The translations under genes and the position numbers were made by a program. The notes beneath the pieces were generated by a model that made no database searches, was not told where the DNA came from, and saw only the letters and a list, made by a program, of their open reading frames with translations. This document shows, one piece after another, positions 61,264 to 64,000 of a DNA stretch of 64,000 nt. Location: assembly GCA_973895155.1 (NCBI GenBank), contig OZ316897.1:23225455-23289454 (forward strand). Direction: 5' to 3'. This DNA comes from Marsupella aquatica (Eukaryota; Plantae; Marchantiophyta). Every line of letters begins with the position of its first letter. Positions within the stretch are counted from its first letter, which is position 1.

Positions 61264-63183
61264 ATGCCGAGAGGAAGAAGGGGAGGGAGAGCAAGCCCCC
61301 AACACTCACGTACGCCTGAGCTAGACCGAGTGCCCTCTTGGGTTGCTGCCGAAGAACAATTACGGCTTGCAGAAGAGAGGAGGTTGCCACGGGAGCTAGA
61401 AGAACAAGTTGGTGTGCCGCAAGAAGGGTTTCAACACAACGAGGCCATACGTCCAGACGAAGAGCCAGACGTAGATCACGTGCTAGAAGAAGGGGAGCCC
61501 TTTGTATTGGTGCAGTCTGAGTTACGGCCAAATCTGATCCCAGAGCTCACTGCATTGCCACAAATCATCTCACACCTATCAGCATTGCCGTTACCGGTGG
61601 CCCAACGTATGCCATTACCGCTTGTGTTGATACGGGGACCAGTTGCACCAATGGCAGTTGCTCAACGTACCCGTGTTCAGTACGTACCCTTCAAGGGAAG
61701 ACCAAAAGATGATCCAGACGAATGGATTGAAGAGTTCAAAGGGATCACAGAAGCCAATGGAGAATCTGCCCACAAGCTCACTATCATTCCCGGAATGATG
61801 AGGGGGGAGGCAGGCCCATGGTTCATCTCGTTGCTACCCAACGTGAAAGCTGATTGGGCCTTGTTCAAGCAAGCATTCTTGAAGGAGTTCCGATCTATTG
61901 GAGTGGAAGCCACATCCCTGTTGAAGGTGGGTCAACTTAGGATGAAGAAGAAAGAGTCGCTACGGAGGTTCTTGCAAAGATTCTAGAAGTTGGTACGGCG
62001 GATACAAGCCCGTACCGATGATGCTATGCGACAAGCGTGGTTTGTAGCTGCCCTACCAAGCAAGATGGGGTTCTTTGTACGACAGGCCAAGCCAACCACA
62101 TTGGCTGAGGCTATTGCAGCAGCGGAGTCATACACTGCCGCCGATGCCACGAGCAAGCGCTGCCGAAGAAAGAAGTTGAAACCTGTTGACAGTTCCTCTA
62201 GTGAGGAATCAAGTGAATCTGAGTCGGATGGTAGTGATGAATCTGAGGACTCTGAGAGCACTACAGAGTCAGACACTATGGAGTCAAAAGCTGAGAAGCA
62301 AAAGAAGAGGAAGAAGTTGTCCAAGAAGGCCAAGAAGTCGTCTCATCGAGAAGTGGTGCTACCCACGGTGGCAGTAACACCATTGTCTATGGCAAGACGA
62401 CTCAAGGAGCAAGAGGCCAGGTACAATGAGTTGACAGAGCAAATAAAAGCATTGAAGGTGCACTTTGCAGGTCTCAAGCCAGAGAGGAGAAAGGTTCCAG
62501 TGGAGAGAGCCAACGTGTGGTGCACCAAGTGCATGAAGTTTGGTCATGCCCCGAAGGAGTGTCCAACGGGAGAACCAACCAAGGTTTTTCAAGTACGGGA
62601 GGATGACGTTGAGGGAGCAAGCTACTCAAACCCTTCTTATGCAGCGGAAGGACCAGTAGAGTACTTCATGGAGGAGCCACCAGAGGCCAACGTATATAGT
62701 GTACAACCTCTCAACCCGGGACCAAGGAGCATTCATGGGATCTCAACTAACGCTGGAGCACCCCCATATGCTAACTATTCCAACGCTACTCCCGGGAATA
62801 AGCCATCATATCCGGGGGTAAGAAAGATCCCTATTTGTTACAATTGTAGAGTGGCTGGCCACTACGCTAACGTGTGCCCGGAGCCCACACGTCAAGGGAA
62901 CGGAGATTTTTCCCGGTTGTGTCAATTGTGCAAGGGGGAGGGACATCTTGCACCACACTGTCCAACCTTGGGATTCATTTGGTTGCCGTGGAGGTTAGTT
63001 GATATACCAGATAAAGATCTGTTAGACTTTGTCGGATGCTGGGAGGCTTCTTCCAACACGACGCTGATGTATGGGAGGGTTGTAGAGCTAACACCAGCGC
63101 TAATCAAAGCTTTCTTTGCTTTACCACAAAGAAACAAGACCAAGGTGGAGCAGAGGAAGACGTTACCGGATAATCAGTTTTGA
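61264..63183 (+). pseudogene. gag: Ty3/Gypsy (Athila-like) gag with three CCHC zinc knuckles; in-frame TAG at 61984-61986
   Basis: PFKGRPKDDPDEWIEEF...MRGEAGPWF...WALFKQAFLKEF; CTKCMKFGHAPKEC, CYNCRVAGHYANVC, CQLCKGEGHLAPHC. Lies downstream of the PBS. Confidence 0.85.
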
Positions 63184-64000
63184 TCATTTCCAGGGCCCTC
63201 CACTAAGAGCAAGTTTTTTATAAATCAATGTACTAATCCACATATGGGGCAGTTGATTGATTTTTTGAGAGGACGCTACACTACACATTGCCGAGAGCAT
63301 AAATTGGCAAGGCCCAAGTGTTTTTAGTCGAGAATGTTGACTCAAGCCTTTATTACAATGGCTATCTGTTAATGCAGTTGAAAAAGGCATTAAATGAGGA
63401 GAAGCAGAGCATTGGGAGGGAGCGGTATCTAGACTAGGGTACCATTTGCAATTACTTTGTCGTTATGCCAAGAGCTAGTCTTTTGCACTAGTCTTGCCTC
63501 TATAGGAGCGGCTGCCAATTGTAGTGCCAATAATTGAGGAAGAGGACAAAGAACCCGTGCACAGACGGAGGCAAGAGAAAAAGCCGGCAACACTGGGAAG
63601 GGAGAATTCCCCTATAACGGAGCCAGAGGTGGTAACACTAGATGTGGTGAGGAATCCGTTGTGACGGCCTACTCAAAATAACCCATAAGCAGGCATTTAC
63701 CTGGTTGAGAGGAAGATGACTGCCCAAGAAAGAAAGAAGCGTGACGAGCAGATGGATTCAGAGTCAGAAGATGGAAGCCGAGGCCAAAGCCAGGAGAGGC
63801 CGGTACTTAGAGCTTCTGGTTGGGTTCAAGTAGAAGAACCTATGGAGGACAGTCAGCCACCGACAACCAAGCAATACTCGAAGGAGGAGATTGGGGGCTT
63901 TGCAGAGGCAGCATGCATACACATTAGTTAGGTTAATGTGGAGGACTACGATGAAGAATATGTTGATCATGGGGAGAGGCCGGTGCCAGGCGTTAGGACG

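Noticed and set aside
61984-61986. Programmed readthrough of the gag TAG
   Set aside because: It lies mid-capsid without a known readthrough context; a CAG>TAG mutation is more parsimonious.

Overview
Eukaryotic, transposon-rich land-plant DNA, probably a bryophyte judging by the style of the PPR protein. The only clear host gene is a long PLS-class PPR-DYW RNA-editing factor (16603-20073, minus strand). The rest is largely nested mobile DNA: a PIF/Harbinger transposase pseudogene; a 9.9-kb CACTA element (25240-35108, TSD CAA) carrying a SET-domain exon inside its transposase gene; a degenerate L1-type LINE; an Athila-like gag with a tRNA-Asp primer-binding site; and two copies of a ~4-kb TG...CA element (5-bp TSD CGTTA at the complete copy) that looks like a solo LTR but encodes a long ORF. 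The most striking structure is a 22.4-kb TIR transposon (36851-59258, ~14 kb without nested insertions; a second partial copy lies at 1284-4806). It encodes a Sola1/DUF7869-like DDE transposase on one strand. On the other strand it encodes a predicted spliced gene fusing a ParB/Srx-like region to a beta-class N4C/N6A DNA-methyltransferase-like region, followed by an FCP1-like HAD phosphatase. It also carries dozens of copies of a ~25-bp GATC-containing palindrome. All family assignments come from motif recognition by eye and need HMM or structure confirmation.
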